From assembly GCA_964016885.1 (NCBI GenBank), contig OZ024744.1, forward strand, positions 76,136,001 to 76,200,000: DNA of 64,000 nucleotides. The letters are read 5' to 3'. Source of the stretch: Eledone cirrhosa. Its lineage: Eukaryota. Positions within the stretch are counted from its first letter, which is position 1. Every line of letters begins with the position of its first letter. Below are positions 26,843 through 42,816 of this stretch, piece by piece. The notes beneath the pieces are model-generated. The model saw only the letters and a list, made by a program, of their open reading frames with translations. It had not been told where the DNA came from and did not search any database. A program made the translations under genes and the position numbers.

Positions 26843-29800
26843 TTTTTTATTGGCCACAAGGGCTGACATCAAGAAAAATATTACAGACGGCACAGGACGG
26901 TACAGGACGGTACGATGTGGGTTTTGTGCGTGTAAATATTTTTATTATTTATATAAGAAAAGTAAAAAAAAGGATATAGATACATATATATATATATATA
27001 AACAATAAAGATGAAAATTGAAACAATGAAAAATTCCCCAATATGGGGGAAACCTCCGAGGGTTACTCGTGCCGAAAACCACACAAAAGACCACGGCCAC
27101 CCTGACCACCAGGGCAAGCGCCCTCTCTCAGTTTTTCCATCTCTCAAACTACAGACGTATATTCGGACCATTCTCGCTACATTCACCCACCTTTCAACAA
27201 ACTTGCTAGAAGGGAGCACTTGCCTCTCCACCCTGATTTTCCTCTTCAAGTGAAACATGAAAAAGTTAATTAGGGATTCGCCGAAGAGGAAAGTGTCTGT
27301 CTTTAACCCTTTCAACCTTGTCCACCACAGAATCTCTTTCGCCATGACCACCAGGCAGATGAAAACCGCCTGCCCTTCCTCCTTGAAGGAAGACGGCGAG
27401 ACCATCTGCACAATATGACTCAGTCGACTATCGGATCAGTCCCACACGCGACAGCAACTGTTCGACATAGCTCCACAAGTCAGCAATGCTCGGGCTCTGA
27501 ACGAGTGCGTGCACGACGGTTTCGTCGCTCTGTGCGTATCTCGGACAGGCTCGGCTGACGGCACTTCCGTGCCTGTAGAGCTTATCTCGAACCCGCAACG
27601 CTCCCCGGTAGCACTGCCAGGCCAGGGATTTATGGAAGTTATCCATAGGCCCCGGGCTGAAAGTTCTCCGGAAGAGAGCAAACAGCTGATCTTCTTCGAC
27701 GCCCAGGATCTCTCCGAGAATGTCGTCGCTCTTCCCCTCCACTAGTCCTCTATAGAACGCCGAGGTGGATGTTGCACCGATACTGGTACCCAGCTGGGAG
27801 AGGGCAGTGAGCGCCTGGAGACATTCCAGTTTCCAAGCGCTATCCCTCGGTCTTTTTTCTGACCCAGGACTGCAGCTCCGTCAAGGAGACGAGCTGTGGG
27901 AAAACGTGCCTGGAGAACGGCGACCACACCTGTTCACCATCAAAGAAGCACCAGAGATGTCGCAGCCTCAGCGCATGTTTGCGCATCATCAGCCATGGCA
28001 TGCCCAGTCCTCCACGCAACGTGTGTTGACAGCAGATGGATCGTCTGACCATAGGAGCGCGTCCCTTCCACAAAAAGCGGAAGAGGAGGCGCTCCATTTT
28101 GGTGAGAGTTGGGCTGGAGCAAGGGACGACGGTGAGGCGGTAGCAGTTGACGGATGCGATGTACGCATTCGCTACCACCGCCCGGCCTTTCAGGGACAGC
28201 TTCCTCTCAGCCCATTTCTGGGTGAGGGAGGCCACCCTGCTCGTCACCTCGTTCCAGTTTTTCTCCATCTGGAGGTCCGGTCCAAACCGAACCCCGAGCA
28301 ATATTTCCGGTCCGTCCGTCCAACGCCCCACGACCCTGTCGGACGGCATGGACTTGCCTCTCGTGGTGCCGAGCTGCAAGCCCACCAACTTTTCCTGGTT
28401 TATCTTTGCTCCTGTCACCGCTTCGTATTCCTTGAGTGCGGTGCCGAGCATCTGGACGTGTCTGGTGCTCGACACCACCACGGTGACGTCGTCAGCGTAA
28501 GCCGACTCGGATTTCCCGGATCCTAGTTCGTGTGGGTCGCCCCTCATCGCCCCAAAGTTTGTGCAGTAACGGCTCGTGAGCCAATACGTACAAGAGGGAC
28601 GAGAGGGGACATCCCTGGCGGACTGAGCGCATGAGGCTGAACGGCTGCGACAGGTGACCGTTCACACTCACAACTGAGCAGATGTTGCTGTACATTGCTG
28701 CGATCCAACCCCTGAAAACGGGCCCTAAACCGGCTGCCTCGAGGACCGCCGCCAGGTGGCGATGGTCGACCCTATCGAAACCTGGCGATTTACAGACAAA
28801 GACCGAATTGTGGCTTTGTTGCCACGTCGCGCCTCTGCCACCCGGGCCCATTGGACGGCTTTTGTCCCCTCGTGTTTCAGAGCACGCGCTCTAGCTCTGA
28901 CAACGCAGCCTTCGAGTGCCAATCTCGCCGCATGCACGTCGGTTGCGATGCCTGTCCTAAACGCCTCTTCTAGCTTTCACTATCACTAGTCCTTTGCTAA
29001 GCCTAATCGACTCTTCTTTAATTGCCCTTTTCAGGGCGAACCACCACCTGTTGTTGACGACCGCTCCCGTCAACGCCCGCTTAACTAATACGTTAATCCG
29101 GCCTCTGTAGGCTCTCCGTGCTGGGAAAGACGCGTTCAGCTTCCAGTAACCAGGATTGTCTATTAAGTCTGTTTATGTCGATCTCACAGATCACAAAATT
29201 GTGGTCTGTGTAGTCGACTATTTTAAATTGTGGACAACTTATACTAGCCTTATCTAGTTCTCTGCAGAATACCCTATCGATCTACGATCTGGATGACCCG
29301 ATGCGGTTTGTCCATGTCTACATTGGCACATTCGGGTGATCCAATCGATACCTTTCAGACAGTTCAAAACGTCTGAGAAGGTTGGTGAGGCTCTTGCACC
29401 CTTCTCCCCTATCCACTAGCCCCACACAATCCCAGCGTGCATCCAAGATACCGTTCCAGTCGCCCACTAACACTAAAGAGCGGGACGTTCCAAGAAAGGT
29501 CTCTAGACGTCTGAAGAAATCTGGCCGTCCTGCCCCTGTTCAGGCGTAGACGGCTACTAGCCTGAAAGCATTGCCTTCGCTGCCGCCACGTCCAGCACCA
29601 CCGACTTACCTTCTGGGTCTAGGAAGATGGCCCGTATGGCGTGATCCAAGCCTCTCCGAAAAAGGACGGCAACCCCTCCCCCGATCCTGGACGGCTGGGA
29701 GATGCGTATACATAGTAGCCGCCGAAGATCGGTGCGAAGGCTTGTTCTTCGGAGATTCTGGTCTCACTGATGGCCACCAGATCTATGTTTAGTGACCTGA

Positions 29801-30035
29801 GGTCGTTGAGCAGGTGACCCTCTTTCCAAGATGACTCCAGGGCACGTGCATTTATACTGCCTATTCTGAGTACGGCCATGTTGGATGAGAAACGGGGCAA
29901 GTGAGAAAGGGTCACTTACCTTGATCGTGTGGTGAAGGGACAGTAGAACTGTCCCTTTGGCTGGTCATGGGTGTTTCTAAGAGGATGTCAGTGTATGCAA
30001 TCGTGCAATGCCTGTGCGTGACGCATATTTTTAAA
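26841..30035 (-). mobile_element. Tx1 copy C (more diverged, internal deletions, truncated within ORF1)
   Basis: Homologous to copy B ORF2; YADD; VRQGCPLS; APE start MAVLRIGSINARAL; 3' end in (AAT)n. Confidence 0.92.
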
Positions 30036-30544
30036 GTGAGGAAAGACTGTGCACTGAGCCTATCCCACTCTCTGAACGACAGTAGCTATAACCCGAAAAG
30101 AAGAAAAGATCAACATCATCGGCAACTACTGAGCCGCAGGTTTTATGTCGGAGTTAACCCAGTTTCCTGAGATGCCTTCTCCTAGAAGAATGCCCTGACA
30201 AGGGCTAGGGGTTCTTCACTCCTAGTTACTTAACAGCGCGATCGGGTATCCAGCCCGATTATTTCTATGTCCCCGCGCATTAAAAAAAAAAAAAAAAGAC
30301 TCACTTATTGACACTTATACGTACGACATACACACACGCGCACACACACACATACATACGCGCGCACACACCAACATTTATACATACAAACAAAACACAC
30401 ACGCTACTCACTTACACACACACATATATATATATATTACCGTCATTACTGAAACAAGATTACGAGATTATGTCAACTGTTGACTTTCAAGAGTTCGTAT
30501 AGTTGAAGCCGTTCGTGTTACAGTTCAGTATTATTATAATTGCT

Positions 30545-30612
30545 TTTCAGCATAGAGCTATGGCTTTCCACGCTCCGAGCTCAAATCCCGCCGAGGTCAA
30601 ACTTACCTTGTC
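30545..30612 (+). mobile_element. SINE fragment
   Basis: GAGCTCAAATCCCGCCGAGGTCAA matches the full copy at 62700. Confidence 0.7.
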
Positions 30613-30810
30613 AATATACATACATAAATACATAGATACATACATATGTACATACAAATAAACATACATACATACATGCATACATACATTCATACATACA
30701 TACACACACAATTGTATTGTATATAAGTAGATAATCGAACAAATATATTTTAAGAAGACTGTCATTTCGACATATGACATCACGTTACAAAAGCTTCATA
30801 ATATATATAT

Positions 30811-30959
30811 ATATTTATTAAAATAACAGATTAAAGTTTAAGCAAAGAATCGCTGCTTTCACCCTTAACGGGATCTTCTGAAACTGTTTCAGAAGATCCC
30901 GTTAAGGGTGAAAGCAGCGATTCGTTGCTTAAACTTTAATCTGTTATTTTAATAAATAT
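30811..30959. repeat. Near-perfect palindrome, 74-bp arms, hammerhead-like right arm
   Basis: Centre at 30885; one mismatch. Confidence 0.95.
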
Positions 30960-31043
30960 TTGCTATACGGTTCTTATATATCTGATATATATTTATCCTT
31001 ATCGAGCCCTCTTTGGATTTTAGTCTTCAAATTTATTATTATT

Positions 31044-31076
<33 letters not shown>

Positions 31077-31804
31077 CTCGGAATGTTTCCTAGGGTGCTT
31101 AAAATTATTTGTGACTAATCCCGGTTTTTTTTATTTTAACCGCGATAATATTGCTTTATACTGAACTCCATATTTTTTTGTTGAGTTTTTTTCTGAATGT
31201 TTTGACTGCTGTTTCTTGTAAACAGTCATTCGTCTCATTCTGTCGTCACTAGCCCTGTTATCCTTGTGTGTTTATTATCTTAATTCCACACGAGGTGTAA
31301 CTAGCCTGCTTTTAAATTCCCTTTTCGCATATTTTAGCTGTGACATTTAGTTATCGTGTTGAGCTCTACTGATGAACGGTTCCAACCGTGACTGATAAAT
31401 TTCGTGAAATAGTCTTTTTAAGACTATATAGAGCATTTGTAGATTTTTCCCAATTGAAGGATAAGTATTTACCCTTAATTTTATTCTGTGTTAAGACTCT
31501 ATTTTTTCCCTGGATTACACAAAATCTGTGGATAAAATTTCTGTCTTGACTTTTTTTGAATTGAGATTGAATTATTTTTCCATGTCTTACGTTAAATATT
31601 TTCCATCTTGACGTAATAGTCACTTATATGTCTGAATTACTGTTGGCTTCTTGCTCACATTCATTTCTCTATTTTCATTTATATTTTCGTATATACATAG
31701 TGTAACATAAAAGTATCGTTATATTTTTGGCAGTTTATCAACTTTGATATTGATGTACATGTGATATGATAGGAAAAACTGTTTCCATCCCTTCCCCATA
31801 TAAG

Positions 31805-34161
<2,357 letters not shown>

Positions 34162-34707
34162 ATATTGCTCGTGATTCTATATATTATGTTAAGTTTTTGT
34201 AATAATTTATTCTACGCTAACGAATTAGAACAATCTTTTTTATTTCCTTTGGATATAGTGATTTTTTTTTTCTGATGTTACCCTGCTATGTATTTGTAGC
34301 TGATAGAAAACTGAAATTACAGTCACTGGCCTCTTGCATAATCAGTCATGTAATTGAACAACCACATTTCCATTCCTCTCCAGTTTATTCTCGTATTAAC
34401 GATACTTTAGATATGCTATAAAAAAAATCTATGTATTTTAATATTAACGTATCCAATCCAGTATAATATACCTTGTTCACTCTGAAAAAAAATAAAGAAA
34501 TTAAAAAATGGTTTCTTACTCCATTAAAAATAGAATCCAAATTGCTTTATGTAAGACTCTATCATTTTTAAAGTAGAAATGACACGTTGGATTAGAGTCC
34601 TCCTAGATACACCATGTCTTTAAAATCTAAAGGGCGAGATTATGATGAGGTTTAATAATTTTGGTCTTATGTTTTGGTGGGTTTTTTTTTTTATCTTCAT
34701 ATCGTGA

Positions 34708-35002
34708 AAGCGCATGACTTAGTGATTAGGGTGTTGGGCTTGCAATCGGGAGATTGTGAATTCGATTCTCGGATTGGGGGATGCGTTGTGTCCTTGAGCA
34801 AGACACTTTATTCCACGTTGTCCCAGTTCATTGAATTGTAGAAATGAGTCACTTGGACAACATCGGTAGCGTGGAGAGGGGAAACTGTTATACGTGGGTG
34901 ACTGCTGGTCTTCCACAAACAAAACCTGCTCGGAATTTTGTCTTGGAGGGGGACTTTCTAGGTGCAAATCCCATAGTCATTCATGACCGAAGGGGGTCTT
35001 TA
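34708..35002 (+). mobile_element. Second SINE family, tRNA-like head plus CORE-like domain
   Basis: A/B box-like TGACTTAGTGA...GAATTCGATTC, then GTTGTGTCCTTGAGCAAGACACTT. Confidence 0.7.
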
Positions 35003-35150
35003 TTTTTTTTATTTTTATCGGGAGTATGAGAGAGTACATCACATCACATGACACGGTTTAATCCCAGCACCTGCTTCATATTGAGAGTGTGATGAGTACT
35101 TCACGCACAGGGTTTAATCCCAGCCTCTGCCTCATATTGGGAGTGTGAGT

Positions 35151-35203
<53 letters not shown>

Positions 35204-36114
35204 TGCTTCAGGTCCAACATTCATCCTGTGAGACCCATGAACAATTACTCGTATATTCAACCCATTTTCAGCCAAATATATCATTTAGCGCTGTTTAATT
35301 CAAAGTAGAGCGGGGAGTTTAAAGTTTCAGTTGTGAGATATGGCTCAATAAGGGTGACGGTGGGAGAAAAGACGAGGGCAAGACGTGTGTATACCAAGCT
35401 CGTTGAAAGGAGCAGAATCCATGGTAATAGCAATATTTTGTTATTTTTTTTTGTTTTGGTTCGTTTTTTTTATGGCAGAAAGAAGAAAGAAGCGAGATTC
35501 TGAACTAGTGCGTTGAAACTTGTTGATTAAATCAATACTAATAATTCAGATGGTCTTCTTTTGTACGTTTTTTCAGAGAGTTTTATGTTTGTTTTTCATG
35601 TGTAGCCTCATCACCATCACAGAGATAGGATTAGTATTCCATTGTGGGTCTTACATGATACACTCAATTACAAATTTAGATTGTACAGTGATAAAATGTA
35701 ACAGTTAAAATAGATTTTTAAAAAAAAGGTAAACAAGGAAATATTGTTTTTTTAATTTTATTTTTACCAAAATAGGTTTTTCTAAGAATAGTCTAATCAA
35801 TATTCTTTACAAATAGAATTTCAAATAATTTTTGTTATCATATTTTCATCTGAAAAGAAAACAACCCGTTTTAAATCATTTATTTTAAAATCTAAATTAC
35901 ACAAACTACCAGACCTACAAGCACGCGTGCGCAAACACATACATACCAACAAACACACACACATACAAAAACTCAGACACGAACGTAAGCACAAACACGT
36001 GTGTATAGACATATACATACAACCATATATATTTATTTATTTATATTATTTGTTATAATTTGTTATAATTTTTTTTAAAAAATGTCATCGATAGATAGAT
36101 AGATAGACAGATAG

Positions 36115-37661
36115 TTGTCTTTCTTTATTTGCCACAGGGGCGTACAAAGATGGGACATTACAAGACGTGACGGCGGGGGTTTTACATAAAAATAACTTTA
36201 ACATTAATAAATAACAATAAACTATATATAATAAAGTAATAATTGAATTCCCCAATAGTCGGGAACGTTACTGCAGGGTTGTTTTACATCCCGTGGATAG
36301 AACAGGAACACCAGGAACACGTTTTGTAGGCGTTCCTGTCTTCCCTCTGTTTATCTTCCTCAACCTACAGGTTTATATACAGAGAAGGCCCATTCACTCG
36401 GGCCATTTTTGCCACATTCACCCAGCTTTCAGCGAATTTACTGGGGTGTAGCGCCTCTCTCTCCACTCTCACCTTCCTTCTGAAGTGATACTTAAAGAAG
36501 GGGATGAGTTGTTGTCCGAAGTGAAAGGTGTTTGCCCTCAGTCCTTTTAACCTCGTCCACCATATTACCTCTTTCGCCATAGCCACCAGACAGAGGAAAA
36601 CCGCCTCTCCTTCATTCTTAAATGAAGGCGGCAGGTTGATCCTCACGATGGACTCGGCTGACAACTGGATGCGTCTTACACGTGACAGTAGCTGTTCGAC
36701 ATAATTCCACAGGTCGGTCACCCCTGGGCACTGAACAATTGCGTGCAGAGCGGTTTCGATGTCCTGATTGCATCTTGGACAGGTCCTTTTGGCAGGATCT
36801 CTGCCAGGGCGTCCATGCCTGTAGATTTTGTCTCGAACTGATTGAGCTCCTCAGTAGCACTGCCAAGCCAGAGACCTCTGGAAGATGTTCATAGCTTCTG
36901 GACGGAAAGTCCTCCCGAACAGACTGGTCAGTTCGTCCTCCTCGATGCCTAGAGTTTCCCCGAGAACGTCGTCGCGCTTATCCTCCACTAATCCCCTATA
37001 GAATGCCGAAGTGGAGTCTCTGCTGATTGCCGTTTGCGCTTGGTAGAGGGCTGTGAGCGCCTGTAGGCACTCGAGGTGCCAGGCACCCATTTTAGTTCTT
37101 CGCTTGACCCAGGACTGCAGCTCCGTTAGTGAGACGAGTTGTGGAAGAGCTTGTCTCACAAACAACAGCCACACCGGTTCACCGGTAAGGAATACCTGGA
37201 GATGGCGTAGCCTCAGCGCGTGTTTGCCCATCATCAGCCACGGCATGCCCATCCCTCCGTTAGAAGGATGTTGACAGTAGATGGATCTCTTCACCAATGG
37301 AGCCTGTTTCTTCCAGAGGAACTTGAAGAGTAAGCGTTCCATTTTGGTGAGGTATTCGCGGGGGCAAGGCACGGCTGTCAAGCCGTAGTAGATGACGGAC
37401 GCTATGTAAGTGTTCGCCACCTCCGCTCGACCTTTCAAGGAGAGTTTGTACTCAGCCCACTTCTTAGTGAGTGCAAACACCTTCACCTTGACCTCGTTCC
37501 AGTTCTTGTCCACCTGGTGGTATGGACCAAACCAGACCCCGAGCAATTTCGCCGGTCCTTCCGTCCAGCGTCCAACGACACTGTCGGAAGGCATGGGTTT
37601 GCTTCTTCATATGCCGAGTTGCAAACCGACAGACTTGTTTGGGTTTAGTCTTGCTCCTGTC
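36115..37661 (-). mobile_element. Tx1 subfamily D, 5'-truncated 3' half, inside (GATA)n
   Basis: ORFs 36851-37594 and 36365-36721 homologous to copy B C-terminal ORF2; different 3'UTR; (GATA/GACA)n at 36090-36114 and 37662-37698. Confidence 0.92.
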
Positions 37662-38012
37662 AGATAGACAGATAGACAGATAGATAGATAGATAGATATA
37701 CACACATATGTGTATGTATGTGTGTATGTATGTATATATATATGCATGCATGTTTATATATATGTATGTTTGTAGGGTTTATGTGCGTATGTGTGTTATA
37801 ATAAGTGAGATAGACAGGGGGTTACACGCACATATCGTAATTTCGATCGAACCATGCTTCGATCGAACACAGGCGTCAGAGTTTTAAATAAAGAGGAATG
37901 ATATTCTTCTAAAGTCTCGAATCTAGATTCAGTAGATAGTTGATTGTAACCCGCCGTTCTTATGCGAAGAATTTGCGTAGGTGTCTGCAAGTCAGAAATG
38001 GATCTTTTTTTA

Positions 38013-38358
38013 TACGAAGGTCACCTGAAAAGTTCATAGGCTGAGAAGTGATGTTAAAGCTGTGAAATCATGCACGCATTAGTTTAAAACCTTCCTATTA
38101 ATAACTGCATTGTTTCTTTGATGCCATAAGGACAGACACTGGTCTCTGGGAGCCGCAGGTCATGGCGGCGATGATGAAGGACAGGGATCGCTGGAGAGAA
38201 CTCGTCCATAGATCCCGGGAATTTTACCCGCCCTAGAGATTGTTTCTTTCTTAGAGGGACTATGTTGAAAAATAAACCTCATTTAGTCATTCCATGAGAG
38301 ATTCTTGGTCAGCCTAGGAACTCTTCAGCCTAAGATTTTTTCAGCCGATCCTCGTATA
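38013..38358. mobile_element. Mariner-type non-autonomous element with a nested RTE 3' tail (38120-38237)
   Basis: TA-CGAAGGTCACCTGAAAA ... TTTTCAGCCGATCCTCG-TA imperfect TIRs; nested piece flanked by an ATTGTTTCTTT duplication. Confidence 0.7.
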
Positions 38359-38619
38359 ACCGCTGGAATAATGCCGGGATCGGGAGCCCGTGGTTCCCAA
38401 GCGATGTAAAAGTGTACTGTTCTTTTTTAAAATTAAATTTGCAATCTTTTATTAAAATTATACCCCGGACATTATAACAATTTTAGATACGTTTCAAAGC
38501 AAAAATAACGCATTAAAGAAGAAAAGCTTAGCTAAATTCTTATTTCTAAGGTTGTATTTTTGTCTATTATAAATTATGCTGTTCCGATAGTCTCAATCGT
38601 TGTTGTTGTTGTTGTTGTT

Positions 38620-38995
38620 GTCGGTAGAGCGTCGGACACCATGCTTTACAGTATATAGTTACGGCCCTTTACGTTCTGAGTTCAAATCCTGCCGAGGTTT
38701 GCTTTGCCTTTCATCCTTACGGGGTCGATAAAATAAAGTGCCAGAAACGTACTGGGGTCGATTTAATCGACTTTCCCCTTCCCCCAAAATTACTGGCCTT
38801 CTGTCTATACTAGAAATCATTTAGCATCGGTAGAACGTCGGACACCCTGTTTTATTGCATGGAATTACGGATCTTTACGTAATCCCACCGACGTTAACTT
38901 TGCCTTTCAACCTTACGGGGTCGATAAAATAAAGTACCAGTAATGTACTGGGATAATTGCAGGTCTTCTGCTTAAAGTAGCAACAATTATTATCA
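38620..38995 (+). mobile_element. Two tandem tRNA-headed SINEs (Meta-domain-like core)
   Basis: GAGTTCAAATCC B box; GCCTTTCATCCTTACGGGGTCGATAAAATAAAGTACCAG core. Confidence 0.85.
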
Positions 38996-39134
38996 TTATT
39001 TGCTAAAAATGGCACATCAGTTTGAAAAGATTCCTAACCCCTGGTATAGAGTAACGGATGTTTGAAATATTCCAGTGAGATGCACATACATACAATCACA
39101 CAAGCGTATGTGTATGTGTGTATGTGTATGTGCA

Positions 39135-39197
<63 letters not shown>

Positions 39198-39249
39198 TAT
39201 ACACATATGCACACACACATAGATGCAAACACGTACAGACACACACCCA

Positions 39250-39282
<33 letters not shown>

Positions 39283-40169
39283 GTACAGACAATATTTATT
39301 AGAATGCCGTTGAAGTATGTATACATTTTTGTGGGGACACCCTGTATATATATGCATGTGTGTGTCTATACGTAATAACGAGCAATTGAATTATTCATTT
39401 AGGTTTCGGGCTTCTATAGATGTCTTCAAAGACTTTAAAGTGGCTGAAGATTGAAGACTTCCTACCTACTACGCAGAATTTATTATTTATTTGCGACTTA
39501 TATTTCAAAACTGAAACTCTGCTAGTGAGAGTTATATTGGGATATGCCTGAGGTTTAGTACTGAAAGAACCAGAAGAATCCTTTCACACAGTCCACTGTT
39601 TGACGTCTTCTGGACTATTGCCAAGTCTTGTAGATTACAACGTGAGTTATGCACCTCCACTTTAGATATACATTATTTTGTATATCATGTCTGAGTCATT
39701 TTGTGTTTCATGTGGAGCCATATGGGTAAGAAAGATATAAAAGATATGAAAAGATACGAATGCTGAAATTATCTTGAGGCTTTTGTTGAAATATATATTA
39801 AAATTTCAAACTCAAATTTACATTATAATTCATATTAGTACGTCATCAACGATGAAAGTGCAGATTTATTTGGGACATAGTTCACTCTGTTAACAACTCA
39901 TTCCCGGAATAATATTGTTAGATATAACATCATAGTATGAGACACCAAATTTGATTACAGGTGAAAAATTTGGAAAATGTGCAAGTGAGACGTGTCAACT
40001 GCTACAATTTAACATATTTTTTAGTTTAAAACGAGTCAAAATAGAATCTCTCTAAGTTCAATTGGCTTGCTAGAAATAACAGCAAATTCTACCATAAAGA
40101 ACATGAAACTACTTTAAAATATGGAGGATAAGTTTCATAGTGTAATCCTATATACAATATACAAGTATT

Positions 40170-42420
40170 CTCATTCGTCCACTTATTCCTGGAATTGTCA
40201 AGGGATGAAGAATCCTCAAACACTCCTTTCAGCGTGTTCTGACACCTCTATTAAAGCCGGCTGGATCCCCAAATAAGACCAGCCAAACCCATAGATTTTA
40301 TCCAACCATCTTGTTTGGGGCCTACCCCTGGATCTTCTGCTAGTTGATTTTGGCTGTAAAATCAGTCAAGCGATTATTTCCTGAGACATTCTAAACACAT
40401 TCCCATAGTATCGGAGCTGTGATCTCTCAAGTAGTAGCAGCTCTACCTGGAAGGTCTCTCTGATATCCGAACTATGCCTTCTATCCAGTATCGTTTCTTT
40501 AAAGACCCCTCGGATAAACACCGGCTGCTTGTATAAGCGAGCATATTCTTTCGGTTATTACCCAAGATTTATGACTATAGGTAAGGGTTAACACGAATAC
40601 CGAATTGAAAATAGCGAAATAGGCTTTTACATCTACCTCATCTATTCTGATGACCGAATACTAAAGCTGGCGCATTACTGCACAAGTTCCTGCAATTCTT
40701 GCACTTAATTCAATCTCTAGCCTTTCATCACTCGTGAACACCGCCCCTAGATACTTGAAATTTTCCAGTGGAATTCCACTCACATGTAGAGTTTTACGAA
40801 ACATACAAACACGACTTCTCAAACCTGCCGCACTGTGAATATTTGGTCGGCTGTGCTGCGTCCGGGGTGAACACCCCACTGTTCGTCAACTAATATGGAA
40901 TCAATAATATCCCTATATTTCATTGCCATACACTTAGCACAGGCTTTTCCAGGGAGGCTTACAAGGAGATCCCTTTATAACTGGAACAACCTCTCTTGTC
41001 TCCTTTTTTGAAAATTGTGATATTCACTCCCGATTGCCATTACTTAGGTGTCTTTCCAGAGATCCAGATCACCCAGTACACACGAGTCAGCCAGCAGATA
41101 CCTTCTCACTTTAAGGATTTTAACATCTCGGGCCGAATTGCATCCTCTACAGAGGCCTTGCCACATTTGAGCTCATTAATTGCTCATGCGACCTCAGCCT
41201 CAGAGAGGCTAGTCATCACTCCCATATGTACTTTCTACGCATCAGAATATGTTGTTGTGACCATGTTTAGGAAGTCAGCAAAATATTCTCCCCACCTCAC
41301 TGAAGAAAGTAGAGCACCAGGCACATTCCTGATAGTAGGTGTGGAGGAGGAATTCTTATTACGAAGTCGACGGATGGTCTACAAGAACACTTTATTTGCT
41401 GATCTGAAGTCAGATTCCAGCTCAACCACAAAGTCCTCCTTTGGACGCCTTTACTGTCTCTGCTGCGATTTTTCGTGTCTGCTTGTACTGCTTGTGCAAG
41501 AAGGAGGACTTATTTCCAGGCCAAGCTTTGTAAGACTCCTTTGATTGGATGGGATCTTGACCTCTTGATTGAACCAATGGGTCCTACTGACACCCAGCAT
41601 CACACCAACTGGCTTTCGCCTGCAATATTTAACAGCTAAAGCAGAAACTGTTGATTTAAACAGTCACCACTCCATTTCAACATCCTCAGTTTCCTCAGGG
41701 AGTTCTCTGAATTGGGATGCAATCGTATCAGTATCCGCATACCTGGTCCTGACTTCCTTATCCTCCAAAGCTTCCCACTTTTTCCTGTAGATCGAGCTGG
41801 ACCTGCCAGTTTTGTGAGCTTTCTTGACTTCAGGTAGTTTTAAGTTGCAGATAACTAGGTGGTAATTCGTTGACAGCTCAGCCCCTCTCTTAACACGAAC
41901 ATCCAGCACAGAATCGAAAATCCCAGACAATAACAAAATCAATTGCTGATCTCTGTCCCCGACAAGGGGTTACACCATGTGTATTTATGAATGATTTTAT
42001 GCTGGAAGAAAGTGTTCATAATAGAGAACCCACTACTAGAAGAGAAGTCCAATAAGGCTTTTCCCTTTGTGGTCGGGATCACATTTCCTTCCAATTATTC
42101 CTTTACATGTCAGGTGGTCAACACCAACATGTGCATTGAAGTGTCCCATTATAATAAATGACTCAGTTTGTGCAATCATTTCTGACACCACATCTGAACA
42201 GTGGGGTATCCATATTCCACCCAAATCCACAGTAGTCGAGTCACGGAACGTTGTTTAGGAAACACCGACTTTATGTAGCTAGTAACATCTACCCTCCTCC
42301 ACTACTTCTTGCTCCTTACCTGTAAGGCATTTAATGTTTCAGTTGCCAATTGTCAATGTTTGCTTCCTTCAGGACCCTTGGAGTCTCGTGATACGTAACC
42401 TTTGTATATCCATCCCACGT
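40170..42420 (-). mobile_element. Decayed RTE-like LINE with internal deletions
   Basis: IMGHFNAHVG; VRVKRGAELSTNYHLV; FKYLGAVFTSD..ARI; RSRGRPQTRWLD. Confidence 0.78.
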
Positions 42421-42539
42421 TTCTCAGGACAGGTCGCAGGCCCATCACCAAGTATATAATTCTATAAATGCTATATCTATATATGAACCGATGAACGAAC
42501 CTCTACAGGGTCGCCCGGTCTGCAGATATAAGTGACAGC

Positions 42540-42816
42540 TATCTTCTGGCTTGTAATCTTTTAGGTTAAATGTGGGGTTACAAGGGGTTAGAGGTACGAT
42601 TCTATCAGATAGTTTTAGTTTGTTTACGATGCTAAGTCCTTCATTATTAATGTCCGTGAGTGTAGATTCGGTAGTTTTCCTGTAATTCTTGTGTAGTTCA
42701 TGGCATATAAAGTTATTGTATGTGTTAAGGTTCATGGTGTATACATTCGATGTTTTGTCCGTTTTTACTATAATTCCGTTGGTGTTGCGTAGTTTTTTCA
42801 GCAGTGCAGTTTTCAT
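42540..42816 (-). mobile_element. Penelope-like RT N-terminal fragment
   Basis: KTDKTSNVY...TFNLKDYKP. Confidence 0.75.

Noticed and set aside
30040-30297. Poly(A)-ended segment as part of Tx1 C or a retrocopy
   Set aside because: No ORF and no TSD; may be another LINE's 5'UTR but this cannot be verified here
39400-39960. Possible host exon(s)
   Set aside because: No sustained frame or recognisable protein
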